A DNA stretch of 64,000 nucleotides from Methanobacteriota archaeon (GCA_947084985.1 CAMTUI010000023.1:25724-89723); one strand, 5' to 3'. Shown: positions 46,053 to 56,492, counted from the first letter of the stretch. Program-made: numbers and translations. The notes: generated from the letters alone by a model not told the origin.

Positions 46053-46970
46053 GTGGAGATTCTCGTCTTCGGTGCGGGTGCGATCGGATCGTTTTTCGGC
46101 GGACTCCTCTCGCGACGCAATCATGTGACGCTCATCGGGAGGGCAGACCACGTCGATGCGATCCGCCAGAACGGTCTGAAAATCTCCGGAAAGACATCGA
46201 TGATCGCGAAGCCGGATGCTGCGACGAAGGTCCCGCACGCGGCGAAACCAGAGATCGTCCTCGTAACGACGAAGGCGTACGACACGGAAGCCGCGATGCG
46301 ATTGCTCGCGCCGTTCGGAAAGACGAGTCTCTTCGTCACGCTACAGAACGGACTCGACAATGCGGACGCGATCGCGCGGACCGCGAGTCGCGTCGTCGCG
46401 GGCACGACCGCGCACGGCGTGACGTTCATCGCGCCAGGCGAGGTGCGTCATGCGGGCGTGGGAGAAACGATTGTGGGCGAGTGGACGGGCGTCGGAGAAT
46501 CGGAACTTGTGCGTCTGCGTGACATCCTCGTCGATTCGGGCATCCTCACGCAGCTCACGAGCGAGATTCGCTCGGAACTTTGGGCGAAGCTCGTCGTGAA
46601 TGCGTCGATTAATCCAGTCGCCGCACTCGCGGCCGTGCCGAACGGTCGGATCGCGAAGGATCGCCGGCTCCGGTCCCTCTCCGAAGCGGTGTGCCGCGAG
46701 GCCGCGGCCGTCGCGAAGGCCGCAGGCGCGCAGATCGACGCAGACGAGCTCGTGCAGCGTACGATCCTCGTCACGAAGCGGACGGCCGCGAACCGCCCGA
46801 GCATGCTCCAGGACCTCGACCGTCACCGGCGCACGGAGATCGATGCGATCACGGGGGCCGTCGTGCGGGCGGCCGAACGGCTGAAGCTGGCCGCCCCGCT
46901 GAACGAGGCCCTGTTTGCCCTCGTGAGGGCGCGGGAGACCGCCCTCCGGAACGCCGCGCCAGGTCCATGA
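46053..46970 (+). CDS. panE: Ketopantoate reductase
   Basis: VFGAGAIGS, TTKAYD, LQNGL, WAKLVVNASINP, N..SMLQD, TEIDAITG. Confidence 0.93.
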   Translation: MEILVFGAGAIGSFFGGLLSRRNHVTLIGRADHVDAIRQNGLKISGKTSMIAKPDAATKVPHAAKPEIVLVTTKAYDTEAAMRLLAPFGKTSLFVTLQNGLDNADAIARTASRVVAGTTAHGVTFIAPGEVRHAGVGETIVGEWTGVGESELVRLRDILVDSGILTQLTSEIRSELWAKLVVNASINPVAALAAVPNGRIAKDRRLRSLSEAVCREAAAVAKAAGAQIDADELVQRTILVTKRTAANRPSMLQDLDRHRRTEIDAITGAVVRAAERLKLAAPLNEALFALVRARETALRNAAPGP

Positions 46971-47095
46971 GAAACGGCATCCGTTCGACTCCCCTCGGGC
47001 GCACGTTCGCGCCGAACCTTTATAAAGGGATATTTAACTCCCCTCCCCGCCGACGCGCCCGGGCGCTTGTCCGCGGGCGATCGGAGGTGTTCAAC

Positions 47096-47644
47096 GTGGC
47101 CAAGATTAAGATCGAGAACGTGGTCGCATCGACCTCCCTCGGGGAGCAACTCGACCTTCAGGCGATTGCCCTCGCCCTCGGCGGGGCGGAGTACGAACCG
47201 GAGCAGTTCCCGGGCCTGATCTACCGCCTGAAGGAGCCGAAGACGGCGACCCTCCTGTTCCGGAGCGGCAAGGTCGTTTGCACGGGCGCGAAGAGCCTCG
47301 AGCACGTCAAGACGGCCATCGACACGGTGGCGAAGCAGATCGAGGCCGCGGGCATCCCGATCAAGAAGAACCCGGAGATTGAGGTCCAGAACATCGTCGC
47401 CTCGTCCGACCTCGGCGCGCAGATCAACCTGAACGCGATCGCGATCTCCCTCGGCCTGGAGAAGGTCGAGTACGAGCCGGAGCAGTTCCCGGGCCTCGTG
47501 TACCGCATCGACGAGCCGAAGGTCGTCGTCCTCCTCTTCGGCAGCGGCAAGCTCGTCTGCACGGGCGCACGAAAGCCGCAGGACGTCGAGCAGGCCGTCG
47601 AGAAGATCACGCAGGAACTGAAAGCGGCCGGGCTGCTGCGCTGA
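47096..47644 (+). CDS. tbp: TATA-box binding protein
   Basis: Two repeats of NVVAS/NIVAS..YEPEQFPGL.YR...PK...LLF.SGK.VCTGA; GGAGGTG SD; TTTATAAA upstream. Confidence 0.98.
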   Translation: MAKIKIENVVASTSLGEQLDLQAIALALGGAEYEPEQFPGLIYRLKEPKTATLLFRSGKVVCTGAKSLEHVKTAIDTVAKQIEAAGIPIKKNPEIEVQNIVASSDLGAQINLNAIAISLGLEKVEYEPEQFPGLVYRIDEPKVVVLLFGSGKLVCTGARKPQDVEQAVEKITQELKAAGLLR

Positions 47645-47725
47645 CCGTAACGACCCGCGCGTGAGGTACGTGCGAAGAGATTATCGTCCTCCCTCGGATA
47701 GGTCGGGCGCTCGGGGGAAGCGACC

Positions 47726-48574
47726 GTGGTCCGCGCGCTGCCGATCTTCGACAACCACATTCACTTGCGCCCGGAGTTCCAGGGGGTCGAGGCCGCGAAG
47801 GTCTTTGAGAAGGCGGGCGGGACGGCGCTCCTCCTCACGCACACCCCGTACGACGACATCCCGGTGAACCGCGCGGAGGATTACGAGCGCGCGTACCGGA
47901 AGACGCTCGACATGGCGGACGGGGTGCGGACCGCGACGTCCCTCAAGGTGTTCGTCGCCCTGGGGCCGTATCCCATCGAGTTCCTGCATCTCAAGGAGGT
48001 CCACGGTCTCGAGGGCGCAATCGACGAGATGCAGAAGGCGGTCGACATGGCGGCGCGACACATCGCGCAGGGACGCGCGATCGCTTTCGGCGAGATCGGG
48101 CGGCCGCACTTCCCCGTCGGCCAGGAGATCATCCGCGCATGCAACGACCTCCTCGCGTACGCCATGGAAGCCGCGAAACGCCTCGGGTGCGCCGTCATCC
48201 TGCACACGGAGGACCCGACGCCGGAAACGTTCGCGGAGTTCGCCGGGATCGCGTCACGGGCTGGACTCGACCGGAATCGCGTCGTGAAACACCATTCGAC
48301 GCCGCTTACGCGGCCCGAGGACAACCACGGGCTCGTGCCGTCCATCCTGGCGAAGGAGGATCTCGTCGTCGAGGCGCTCAAGGGCGGCCCGCGGTTCCTC
48401 CTGGAGACGGACTACATCGACGATCCGCATCGGCCCGGCGCGGTCCTGGGACCCGCGACGGTCCCGAGGAAGACGAAGGCGTGGATCGAGAAAGGGCTAC
48501 TGACCGAAGAGCAGGCATGGACGATCCATGCGGACCTGCCCGAGCGGACGTACAGGATCGACCTGCGCACCTAG
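47726..48574 (+). CDS. TatD-family metal-dependent hydrolase
   Basis: DNHIH, GEIGRPHF, ILHTE, VVKHH, LLETDYIDD..RPGAVLGP.TVPR. Confidence 0.9.
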   Translation: MVRALPIFDNHIHLRPEFQGVEAAKVFEKAGGTALLLTHTPYDDIPVNRAEDYERAYRKTLDMADGVRTATSLKVFVALGPYPIEFLHLKEVHGLEGAIDEMQKAVDMAARHIAQGRAIAFGEIGRPHFPVGQEIIRACNDLLAYAMEAAKRLGCAVILHTEDPTPETFAEFAGIASRAGLDRNRVVKHHSTPLTRPEDNHGLVPSILAKEDLVVEALKGGPRFLLETDYIDDPHRPGAVLGPATVPRKTKAWIEKGLLTEEQAWTIHADLPERTYRIDLRT

Positions 48575-48800
48575 CGCGCGCCGGGGGGCGAAACCTCGGT
48601 GATCTCCCCGTAACCGGTGAGGGCCATGATCAACCCGATCAGGGCGAGGATCAGGATGACAATCGCGGCGATGGTCGTGCCGCCACTCATGGGGAAAGGC
48701 AGCCCGACGAGGGCGAGCACGATCGCGAGGAGCAGAAGCGAAATTCCCGTCAGGATTCGAGCAAGACCCCGCCGGAACGCTGCATCAACGGGCTGGCCAT
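48571..48800 (-). pseudogene. Small 2-TM membrane protein whose ATG is out of frame by one base (frameshift or sequencing error)
   Basis: Open frame ..RRGLARILTGISLLLLAIVLALVG..IAAIVILILALIGLIMALTGYGE..* has no start; GGTGA SD + ATG at 48800 lies in another frame. Confidence 0.5.
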
Positions 48801-48842
48801 CGTATCACCAACGGAACGACGCGGATAAGAATTGCGGCGTCC

Positions 48843-49118
48843 TCAGTGCCGCACGTGGAACCCTTCGACCTCTCCCTGCACCTCGGCCCACGAGACCTCG
48901 ACGCCCGAGACGCGCGCATACGGCTGCGAGGTCTTGTTCCACTCGATGCACTTCTCGATCGCGGCTCTGTCTCCCTCGAAGATGGCCTCGACGCTCCCGT
49001 CCGTCAGGTTCCGGACGTATCCGTCGAGTCCGAGGGACTGCGCTCTCTCTGCGCAGTGCGCCCGGAAGTACACACCCTGGACGCGCCCTCGGAAGATCAC
49101 GACCGCGCGGACCCGCAC
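48843..49118 (-). CDS. acyP: Acylphosphatase
   Basis: GRVQGVYFR, GYVRNLTDGSVE. Confidence 0.95.
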   Translation of the reverse strand: MRVRAVVIFRGRVQGVYFRAHCAERAQSLGLDGYVRNLTDGSVEAIFEGDRAAIEKCIEWNKTSQPYARVSGVEVSWAEVQGEVEGFHVRH

Positions 49119-49200
49119 GGTCGCGAGGGAAAGGGGGCGCGCAAAAGAACCTTATTATAGCGCGGGCCGATATGCGCTCCTCCCTGTAGCAGGGTTCTCC

Positions 49201-50349
49201 ATGAAACGGGACAAGGTCCAGGATTGGACGGTCTCCGACTTCATGTCGACGGACCTTGTGACCGCAACGCCCGATGAGACGATCGCGGACGCGCGCGGGA
49301 AGATGAAGACCCACGACGTCCACGAGTTGCCGGTCCTTGACGGGAAGAAGCTCGTCGGCGTTGTGACGATGCGCGAGCTGATGCGGCGAAAGAACATCTC
49401 GCCCGCGACGAAGGTGTCGACGGTCCTCCAAGCCGCCCCGGACGTCACGCCAACCATGCGCCTCCCGGAGGTCGCCGAGCGGATGATCTCGAGCGGCTTC
49501 CGCGCGATTCCGGTAATCAAGGACAAGCGCCTCGCCGGAATCCTGTCCCGCTCGGACCTCGTGCGCGCCCTCGTCCAGGCGAAGAGCCTCGAGGGCCTCA
49601 AGGCGAGCGAGTTCATGACGCCGAACCCGCAGTGCGTTGCGGAGGATGACACGGTCGAGCACGCGGTCCAGACCATGCGGTCCCTCGGCGAGCGGTCGAT
49701 TCCTGTCGTCGACAAGAACCGGCGTCTGAAGGGCGTCCTCGGACTGAAGGACGTCGTGGACCTGTTCTCGAAGCCGAAGGTGCGGGAGCAGTACGGGGAC
49801 CGCGTGGGGCGCGAGGAGAAGGTGACCCTCGACGTGAAGGGCGTCATGCGGTATCCGCCCGTGACAATCGGGCCCGAGGCCACGGTCCATCGCGCGGGGG
49901 AGCTGATGGTCAAGAACCGGATCTCCTCGATCATCGTCACGGACAAGGACGAGCCCGTAGGGATCATCACGACACAGGACCTCATGCAATTCGTCGCCGG
50001 GTTGCGGGAGCGGGAGCAGCTCTTCGTCGAGATCGGCGGGTTCGACGACGACCCGCGCGACGAATACGACATGATGTACGACGTGATCCAGAAGGAGATG
50101 CGGCGGATCGCGCAGCTCGTGCGGCCGCGAACCCTGACAATCCATGTGCAGAAGTACAAGCCGGAAGGAGACCGCTGGAAGTATTCCCTCCGGGCCCGCT
50201 TCACGACCTCGCACCGGATCTACTACGCGCACCATTTCGACTGGGATCTGCACCTCGCGCTGAGCGACCTCCTCGAGACCCTGTACAAGCGTATCGTCAA
50301 GGAGAAGGAGCGCAAGGTCACGGAGAGGAAGCGGGGCCGGTCAACGTAG
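49201..50349 (+). CDS. Four-CBS-domain protein with C-terminal HPF/RaiA-like domain (candidate ribosome hibernation factor)
   Basis: Four CBS repeats (VHELPV, FRAIPV, ERSIPV, ISSIIV); C-terminal ...YSLRARF......A...DWDLHLAL...L..L.KRI.K.K. Confidence 0.8.
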   Translation: MKRDKVQDWTVSDFMSTDLVTATPDETIADARGKMKTHDVHELPVLDGKKLVGVVTMRELMRRKNISPATKVSTVLQAAPDVTPTMRLPEVAERMISSGFRAIPVIKDKRLAGILSRSDLVRALVQAKSLEGLKASEFMTPNPQCVAEDDTVEHAVQTMRSLGERSIPVVDKNRRLKGVLGLKDVVDLFSKPKVREQYGDRVGREEKVTLDVKGVMRYPPVTIGPEATVHRAGELMVKNRISSIIVTDKDEPVGIITTQDLMQFVAGLREREQLFVEIGGFDDDPRDEYDMMYDVIQKEMRRIAQLVRPRTLTIHVQKYKPEGDRWKYSLRARFTTSHRIYYAHHFDWDLHLALSDLLETLYKRIVKEKERKVTERKRGRST

Positions 50350-51348
50350 GTTCCAGAAGGTCCGGTGGACCGCCATCGTCGCCTCGATGGCCGCGCGTCC
50401 TCGGCCCTTGTCGTCGAGCACGTCTTTGAGCCGGAACTCGAGGGAGCGGCCCTGGAACCGGGCGGCAATCCCCGCCACGACCTCCGCGACCGCATCCAGG
50501 TGGTAGCCGCCCTCGAGGGCCACGACGAGGCGCCCGTTGCAAAGGCTCGACGCAGCAGCCGCGCTCCGCGCCACGAGCTCCACGTACCCGGGCGAGGACA
50601 GCGCGAGGGACGTGAGCGGGTCCCGGTAGTGGGCGTCGATCCCGAGGCTCATGAGGATCGCCTCGGGCCTGAATTCCCGCAGGATCGGTTCGATTAGCGT
50701 GTCGTAGGCGATGAAGTACGACGAATCCCCGCAGCCCGCGGTGAACGGGATGTTCACGGTGAACCCGCGGCCGTCGCCCTTACCGACGTCCGCCGCGGGG
50801 CCCGTCCCCGGATAAATCCCGTACTGGTGCGTCGAGATGTAGAGGACGGACGCCTCGTCCGAGAAGATCTCGCTCGTGCCGTTCCCGTGGTGCGCGTCAT
50901 AGTCCAGGATCGCAACGCGCCGACCCTCGGCGACTTGTTCCGCCGCCGCGGCGGCCACGTTGTTCAGGTAACAGAACCCGCCGCCGTAGTCGGGTCCCGC
51001 ATGATGGCCCGGAGGTCGGACCAGGGCGATCACCGGCTGCCCCTCCCGGATCGCCGTACGCGTGGCCTGCAGGGTCGCCCCGGTCGCCAGGAGCGCGATG
51101 TCGAACGTCTCCGGATGGACCGCCGTCTCCGGATCCAGGAAGCCCTCGGTCAGGGTCCGGAAGTACTCGATGTACGTCTTCCGGTGGACCCTCTCGACGT
51201 CCGGAATCGACGCGGGCGCGGGCTTCGCGACCTCCGAGAACAGCCGCTCGGCCTTCAGGCGGTCCACGATCGCCCCGAGGCGCTCCGGCCGCTCCACGTG
51301 GAGGGGCGAGGAGACGTGCTCGAGAAATCGGGGGTCGTAGACGAGCAT
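50341..51348 (-). CDS. Histone deacetylase family protein
   Basis: HVERPERL, RPPGHHA, GFCYLNN, DYDAHHGNGT, YPGTG, GIDAH..DPL, LEGGY. Confidence 0.95.
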   Translation of the reverse strand: MLVYDPRFLEHVSSPLHVERPERLGAIVDRLKAERLFSEVAKPAPASIPDVERVHRKTYIEYFRTLTEGFLDPETAVHPETFDIALLATGATLQATRTAIREGQPVIALVRPPGHHAGPDYGGGFCYLNNVAAAAAEQVAEGRRVAILDYDAHHGNGTSEIFSDEASVLYISTHQYGIYPGTGPAADVGKGDGRGFTVNIPFTAGCGDSSYFIAYDTLIEPILREFRPEAILMSLGIDAHYRDPLTSLALSSPGYVELVARSAAAASSLCNGRLVVALEGGYHLDAVAEVVAGIAARFQGRSLEFRLKDVLDDKGRGRAAIEATMAVHRTFWNLR

Positions 51349-51537
51349 GCGCGTGGGAACGGCCGGGCGGACTTCAAGGCATCGTACCCCGTCCCACGGA
51401 GGAATCCGGCGTCGCGCGCAGGGCCTTCCGGCAAAATATCACCGCTGAAAATCACCCCGCGAAACATCTGAGAATTATGTCGGCACCCTTAAGCAAGTTT
51501 GAATCATATCTTTCGGAATCAGCGGAACGGAGCCGGG

Positions 51538-53514
51538 ATGAGGCACTTTTCCTCCATGAGCGTTGCAGCGATCCTCCTCGTGGGGGCCCTCGCCGCGGCC
51601 GGTTCCGTGAGCCTCATCCGCCCGACCGCGCATCCGACCCGGGACGAAGGGATGAGCTTCTGGGAGGGTGCCGCGCGCGGGCTCGTGCGCGTGACGATGG
51701 TCGACGTGACGTACGAGCGGGGGGACCACACGGTCACCGCGCCGGTCGGCGTCCGCGTGGACAACGCAGCCGACGTGCCCGTCGTCATCCCGGAGGAAGC
51801 GCTCCTGATGAATCCGCATCCGCTGCAGGCACCTCCCGATCCGGCAAGCACGACGCAGGACGCGGTCCTCCCCGTACACACGGTCCCCGCGGGCGGTTCC
51901 GTGCTCTTCTCGTTTGGAGAGGAGGTGCTCCGCGGATTCGTCGACGGACCTCCGTGGTGGTGCTCCGAGGAGTTCCAGTTCACCCATGCGGACGTCGAGT
52001 TCCGTGTCCGTGGCGAGACGCTCCCATTCGCCTTGCGGCCTCTCCTGGCCGACGAGTACTACGACGGCCCGGACGCGAACACGCAGGCGGACTTCTGGCG
52101 GTACATGCGGGAGCACGCGACCGTCGTCGTCGGGAAGGATCCCTTGTGGACGGCAATCGATGCGTCCCCGGGCCAGCGGATCCCCGTGACGCTCGCCGCG
52201 ACGAACCTCGCGATCTACACGTTTGAGGACGACCTCGCGGTCGACGTGAACGTGACCGCCGGGGTCCTCGAGGACGACATTCCTGCCGGGTGGGCGGTGG
52301 AGGAGGGGAGCTACTCGACGATGCCGGACGAGGTCGCGGTCCACGACGACGGCTCGATGACGATCCGCTGGGCCGTCGATCTGCCGGCGGCCCTCGAGAG
52401 CGATTCGGACGACCCGACGTTCCCGACGGACTACGAGGCGGTCACGCGGTCGTATGTCCTCGTATCGCCGCAGCTCTCGCCGGGCCGCGTGGAGCTGCCG
52501 CGCGCGCGCTCCGACACGAATGCCGACGGCGAGGCGGATGCGCACAGCGCGCCGGCCCTCGTCGACGCCGTCCTCGCGGGCGCGCCAATCGCCGACGCGG
52601 GCGGGCCGTACGAAGGGATCGAAGGGGACACGATCGTCCTGAGCGCCATCGGGTCGACGGATCCACAGGGGGACCCGCTCCAGTACCGATGGGACTTCAC
52701 GAACGACGGGACCTTCGACACGGACTGGTCGCCGGACCCGACCGCGGACGCGCGGTACACGGACGACTTCGCCGGCGTTGCGGCGGTCGAGGTGACGGAC
52801 GGCACACATGTCTCCGGGGACTTCGCTTCCGTGCGGATCGATAACGCCGCGCCGGAGATCCGCTCCCTCCTGGCGTTCGTCCAGGCGGCCTTCCGTCTCG
52901 AGGTGGCTGGGGAGCGCTGGCATGACATCCGCCTGACGTTGACGATCGGGGCGGAAACTCTCGCGAGCTTGGAGGTCATCCGGGAGCCCGGATCTCCGAG
53001 CGCCCAGGCCGCGGAGACAGATGTCCTCACCTGGGGCCTCGACGAGGAGGCCGCCCTCACGATCGAGTACACTCCCCTGGACGATCGCGTGAACGGGCGA
53101 CCTCCGGGCGACAACCCGGTGTGGCTGCACATCCTCTTCCCGGACGGACGCGACCTCCGCATCGCGCACAACTTCAACACGCAGCACCCGTCCACCTGGG
53201 TTTGGACCTACGATGACCTGACGGCGTTCTTCCTCCGAGAGGGCATCACGTTCCGCGCGGGCCTCTACGACGCGGGGAGCGACGACCTGACGGCGGGGTG
53301 GGACTTCGGCGACGGGGAGACGGACACGAGGACGTACTTCAACGACGGAATCGAGCCGGACAGACCCGAGAGCCAGGGCGGGATCGCACCGTTCCATCCG
53401 TATGCGACCGCGGTCCACGGATATCGCGGCGCGGGGACGTACGTCGTCGTGCTCACGGTCCGCGACGACGACGGAGGCGTTGCAGAGATCCGCAGGACGT
53501 GGGATCTCCGCTGA
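51538..53514 (+). CDS. Secreted PKD-domain protein
   Basis: Signal peptide; PIADAGGPY..EGD.I.L....S.DP.GD.L.Y.WDF..DG and WDFGDG...H.Y...GTY.V.LTV.DDDGG. Confidence 0.85.
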   Translation: MRHFSSMSVAAILLVGALAAAGSVSLIRPTAHPTRDEGMSFWEGAARGLVRVTMVDVTYERGDHTVTAPVGVRVDNAADVPVVIPEEALLMNPHPLQAPPDPASTTQDAVLPVHTVPAGGSVLFSFGEEVLRGFVDGPPWWCSEEFQFTHADVEFRVRGETLPFALRPLLADEYYDGPDANTQADFWRYMREHATVVVGKDPLWTAIDASPGQRIPVTLAATNLAIYTFEDDLAVDVNVTAGVLEDDIPAGWAVEEGSYSTMPDEVAVHDDGSMTIRWAVDLPAALESDSDDPTFPTDYEAVTRSYVLVSPQLSPGRVELPRARSDTNADGEADAHSAPALVDAVLAGAPIADAGGPYEGIEGDTIVLSAIGSTDPQGDPLQYRWDFTNDGTFDTDWSPDPTADARYTDDFAGVAAVEVTDGTHVSGDFASVRIDNAAPEIRSLLAFVQAAFRLEVAGERWHDIRLTLTIGAETLASLEVIREPGSPSAQAAETDVLTWGLDEEAALTIEYTPLDDRVNGRPPGDNPVWLHILFPDGRDLRIAHNFNTQHPSTWVWTYDDLTAFFLREGITFRAGLYDAGSDDLTAGWDFGDGETDTRTYFNDGIEPDRPESQGGIAPFHPYATAVHGYRGAGTYVVVLTVRDDDGGVAEIRRTWDLR

Positions 53515-53554
53515 TCCGGGAAAAGCTCTTGTAACGGCCCGCTGTCTCGGGAGC

Positions 53555-54106
53555 ATGCTCGAGGCGCGTCGGGTCCTGCGTGGGACGCGCGTCGTCCTCC
53601 GGCCCCTCGCGGCATCCGACCTTCGCCGGTGCGTGAAGTGGTTCTCCGATCCGCAGGTCATCCACTTCCTCGGGCGGAGTCACCCGGTGACCCTGGCCGG
53701 GGAGGAGCGGTGGTTCCGGGATTACGAGCGCCGGGCGGACGAGCAGATCTTCGCGATCGAGGTCGACGGGACCCACGTCGGCAACCTTGGACTCCACCGG
53801 ATCGACCGGACGCACCGCAAGGCAGAGATCGGGATCGTGATCGGCGAGCCGGACTACTGGGACCGCGGGTTCGGGACGGAGGCGATGGACGTCGCGCTGC
53901 GATATGCGTTCGGCGTCCTGCAGGTTCACAAGGTCTCCCTTGAGGTCCTCGAGTACAACCAGCGGGCGCTTCGAACCTACGAGAGGCTAGGCTTCCAGCG
54001 GGAGGGCGTGCACCGCGAGGACGTGTACAAGGACGGGCGGTTCGTCAACGTCGTGCGGATGAGCCTCCTCGCCGGGGAGCAACGCGGCGCGTCGGCCGCT
54101 TCGTAG
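53555..54106 (+). CDS. GNAT family N-acetyltransferase (RimL/SpeG-like)
   Basis: VVLRPL, AEIGIVIGE..YW.RGFGTEA, N.RA...YE.LGF..EG. Confidence 0.9.
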   Translation: MLEARRVLRGTRVVLRPLAASDLRRCVKWFSDPQVIHFLGRSHPVTLAGEERWFRDYERRADEQIFAIEVDGTHVGNLGLHRIDRTHRKAEIGIVIGEPDYWDRGFGTEAMDVALRYAFGVLQVHKVSLEVLEYNQRALRTYERLGFQREGVHREDVYKDGRFVNVVRMSLLAGEQRGASAAS

Positions 54107-54117
54107 ACGCGGGCGTG

Positions 54118-55209
54118 TCACAGCTCGATCAGGTCGCGCGGCGCCGTGCTCATGTACGTCGGCTCGCGCCGGCCAATCAGCACGTCGTCCTCGATCCGGA
54201 CGCCCCCGAAGCCCGGCACGTACACGCCGGGCTCGTTCGTGAACACCATGTTCGGCCGCAGGACGACGTCGGTCGACGGGTTCAGGGCGCCGCCGTCGTG
54301 CACCGCGAGGCCGATCGAATGCCCGAGGCCGTGGATGAACCGGCCCTTGTACTTCGTGCCGTCAATCAAGCGCCTCGCGGCCGCATCGACCGCCTTGCCG
54401 CGCACACCGGGCCTCATCTTCGCGAGGGCAGCCGCTTGGGCGCGCGCGACCGTGCTGTGCATCGCTCGCTGCTCGTCGGAGGCCTTCCCGACGACGACCG
54501 TCCGCGTGACGTCGGAGCAGTACATGTCGTACAGCGCCCCGAAGTCGATGACGATCATGTCGCCCCCCCGAATCTTCCGCGGCCCCGCCGTGTAGTGCGG
54601 CACTGCGCCGTTCGGGCCCGAGCCGACGATCGTGCGGAACGACGGGCCTGTCGCCCCGTTCCTCTGCATCCGGTAGACGAGCTCCGCGGCGATCTCCGCC
54701 TCCGTGACCCCGGGCTGGATGAACGGCAGGAGGGCCTGGAAGGACTGGGACGCGATGTCGCAGGCCCTTTGGATGAGCTCGAGCTCCTTCGCGTCCTTCA
54801 CGAGACGCGCCTTGACGACCGAGTCGGAGACGTCGGCGAAGCGCGCGGACTTCGGCGCGAGCTTCCGGAGCCGCTCGAAGGCGGCGTGCGTCAGCTCGCT
54901 CGCATTCACGCCAATCCTCCGATGACCGCGAAGGAGATCTCGCATGTGCTCCGTCGACTCGTCCCGCGTCCGGAACACGCGAAGCGGGAGGCCGGTCTTC
55001 TTCGCCTCCTCCTCCTCCAGGGCGGACGTTGTGATCTGGCAGCCGCCGTCGGGCGTGAGCCACGCGGCGCAGCTTTCGAACAGGCCGTCCGTCAGGCCCG
55101 TCGCGTAGAAGAACGACATGTCGATGTGCGGCTCGACGGAGTTAAGGAAAACGATCAGATCGAGGCCGTCGTCCACGTTGCGGAAGATTCGCTTCACCCG
55201 ATCCCGCAT
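54118..55209 (-). CDS. Xaa-Pro peptidase (M24 family)
   Basis: ARLVKDAKE, IVGSGPN...PH, IDFG....YCSDVTRT, HGLGHSIGLAVHD, EPGVY....GGVRIED. Confidence 0.95.
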   Translation of the reverse strand: MRDRVKRIFRNVDDGLDLIVFLNSVEPHIDMSFFYATGLTDGLFESCAAWLTPDGGCQITTSALEEEEAKKTGLPLRVFRTRDESTEHMRDLLRGHRRIGVNASELTHAAFERLRKLAPKSARFADVSDSVVKARLVKDAKELELIQRACDIASQSFQALLPFIQPGVTEAEIAAELVYRMQRNGATGPSFRTIVGSGPNGAVPHYTAGPRKIRGGDMIVIDFGALYDMYCSDVTRTVVVGKASDEQRAMHSTVARAQAAALAKMRPGVRGKAVDAAARRLIDGTKYKGRFIHGLGHSIGLAVHDGGALNPSTDVVLRPNMVFTNEPGVYVPGFGGVRIEDDVLIGRREPTYMSTAPRDLIEL

Positions 55210-55296
55210 CGAAGTCCCTTGACGAAAGAGGGCCGCGATAGTTAAAGATTCGTCGGGCGCCAAGGGTTTTATGGCCGCATACGCGTCCACGGTCCT

Positions 55297-55647
55297 GTGC
55301 CGAAGCGCCGCCACCGGGGGATGGAGCGACGGATCGCCCTCGAAAGGATGACGACTCTCTTCCGGCTCGCGGAGTCCGAAGCGATACAGGAACATCCGGA
55401 GCGGGCGCGCCGCTACGTCGAGCTCGCACGGAAGATCGGCATGCGGTACAACGTTCGCACCCCTGCAAACTTCCGGCGGTCGTTCTGCAAGTCGTGCCGC
55501 GCGTACCTCGTGCCCTCCCGAAACGCCCGCGTCCGCGTGGACGAAGGGCGGATCATCGTCACGTGCGGCGCGTGCGGCGCGGTCCAGAGGCGACCGTATC
55601 GGCGGGAACAGGCGGCCCGGCGGAAGGCGCGCGCACGATCTCAGTAG
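55297..55647 (+). CDS. rnp4: Ribonuclease P protein component 4 (Rpp21)
   Basis: IALERM..LF, ARRYV.LA..I, FCKSC..YL.P..N.RVR, TCGACG...R.PY. Confidence 0.92.
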   Translation: MPKRRHRGMERRIALERMTTLFRLAESEAIQEHPERARRYVELARKIGMRYNVRTPANFRRSFCKSCRAYLVPSRNARVRVDEGRIIVTCGACGAVQRRPYRREQAARRKARARSQ

Positions 55648-56492
55648 GAGGTCGTCATGTCGATCTTGCCCGCCTTCCGGGCGAAATACTCGCCCATCTT
55701 GAAGATCAGGATGCTCAGGACGAAGAACGCGAGCGACGAGACGAGCAGGAGCATCAGGATCCCCAGGTCGTCGTACCCCTGGAGCGTCGTGTCGATGTCC
55801 AGGCTTGGCGAGATGAGCCGTCGGGTGATGTCGAACCAGTACGTGAGCGGAATCGCACGACCGGCGGCTTGGCCCCAGTCCGGGAGGACGGACAGGGGGA
55901 ACAGGACCCCGCAGAAGACGTAGAAGAGGCCGGGGATTCCCTCCGCGAGACCGTGCGTGTGCTTCGCCGTGAGGAACGAGATCCCCCCGAGGCAGATGCC
56001 GATCGCGAGGAGGACCGCGAGGCCCAGCACGAGGCTCACGAGGAACATCGGGAGGCTCACGAGGGAGAGGTGAATCTGGACATCGAGGAACAGGACGCCG
56101 AACAGGAGGGTGATCAGGACCGCGAACGCGGCCACGGCGATCTTCGACGCCGCTCGGCCCAGGATGTATACGTAATAGGAGATGGGCGAGATGTACACGT
56201 AGCGGATCGTCTGGTACCACTCCCGGTCCGCCTGAATCACCTGGAACGTCCCGAACAGCGTCGAGGCGACGAAGATGAAGAACGAGTTCCCCACGTACAT
56301 GTAGGAGAAGGCGGAGAGGTCCGTGCGCCCGAAGAGGATCGCGAAGACCGTGTACATGAGGACGAGGATGAAGGCGCCCGCCACGGGCTTCACCACGGAG
56401 TAGACCATGAAGAGCCATGGCTCCGTCCAGTTCGAGTCCATCTCCCAGCCGAGCCACGCGGCCGTCTTGAAGGTCCGCCAGTACGTGTTCAC
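55641..56492 (-). CDS. ABC-2 type exporter permease
   Basis: Six TM helices, GVLFPLSVLP.W......PLTY; GTG overlaps the upstream TGA. Confidence 0.88.
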   Translation of the reverse strand: MNTYWRTFKTAAWLGWEMDSNWTEPWLFMVYSVVKPVAGAFILVLMYTVFAILFGRTDLSAFSYMYVGNSFFIFVASTLFGTFQVIQADREWYQTIRYVYISPISYYVYILGRAASKIAVAAFAVLITLLFGVLFLDVQIHLSLVSLPMFLVSLVLGLAVLLAIGICLGGISFLTAKHTHGLAEGIPGLFYVFCGVLFPLSVLPDWGQAAGRAIPLTYWFDITRRLISPSLDIDTTLQGYDDLGILMLLLVSSLAFFVLSILIFKMGEYFARKAGKIDMTTSY

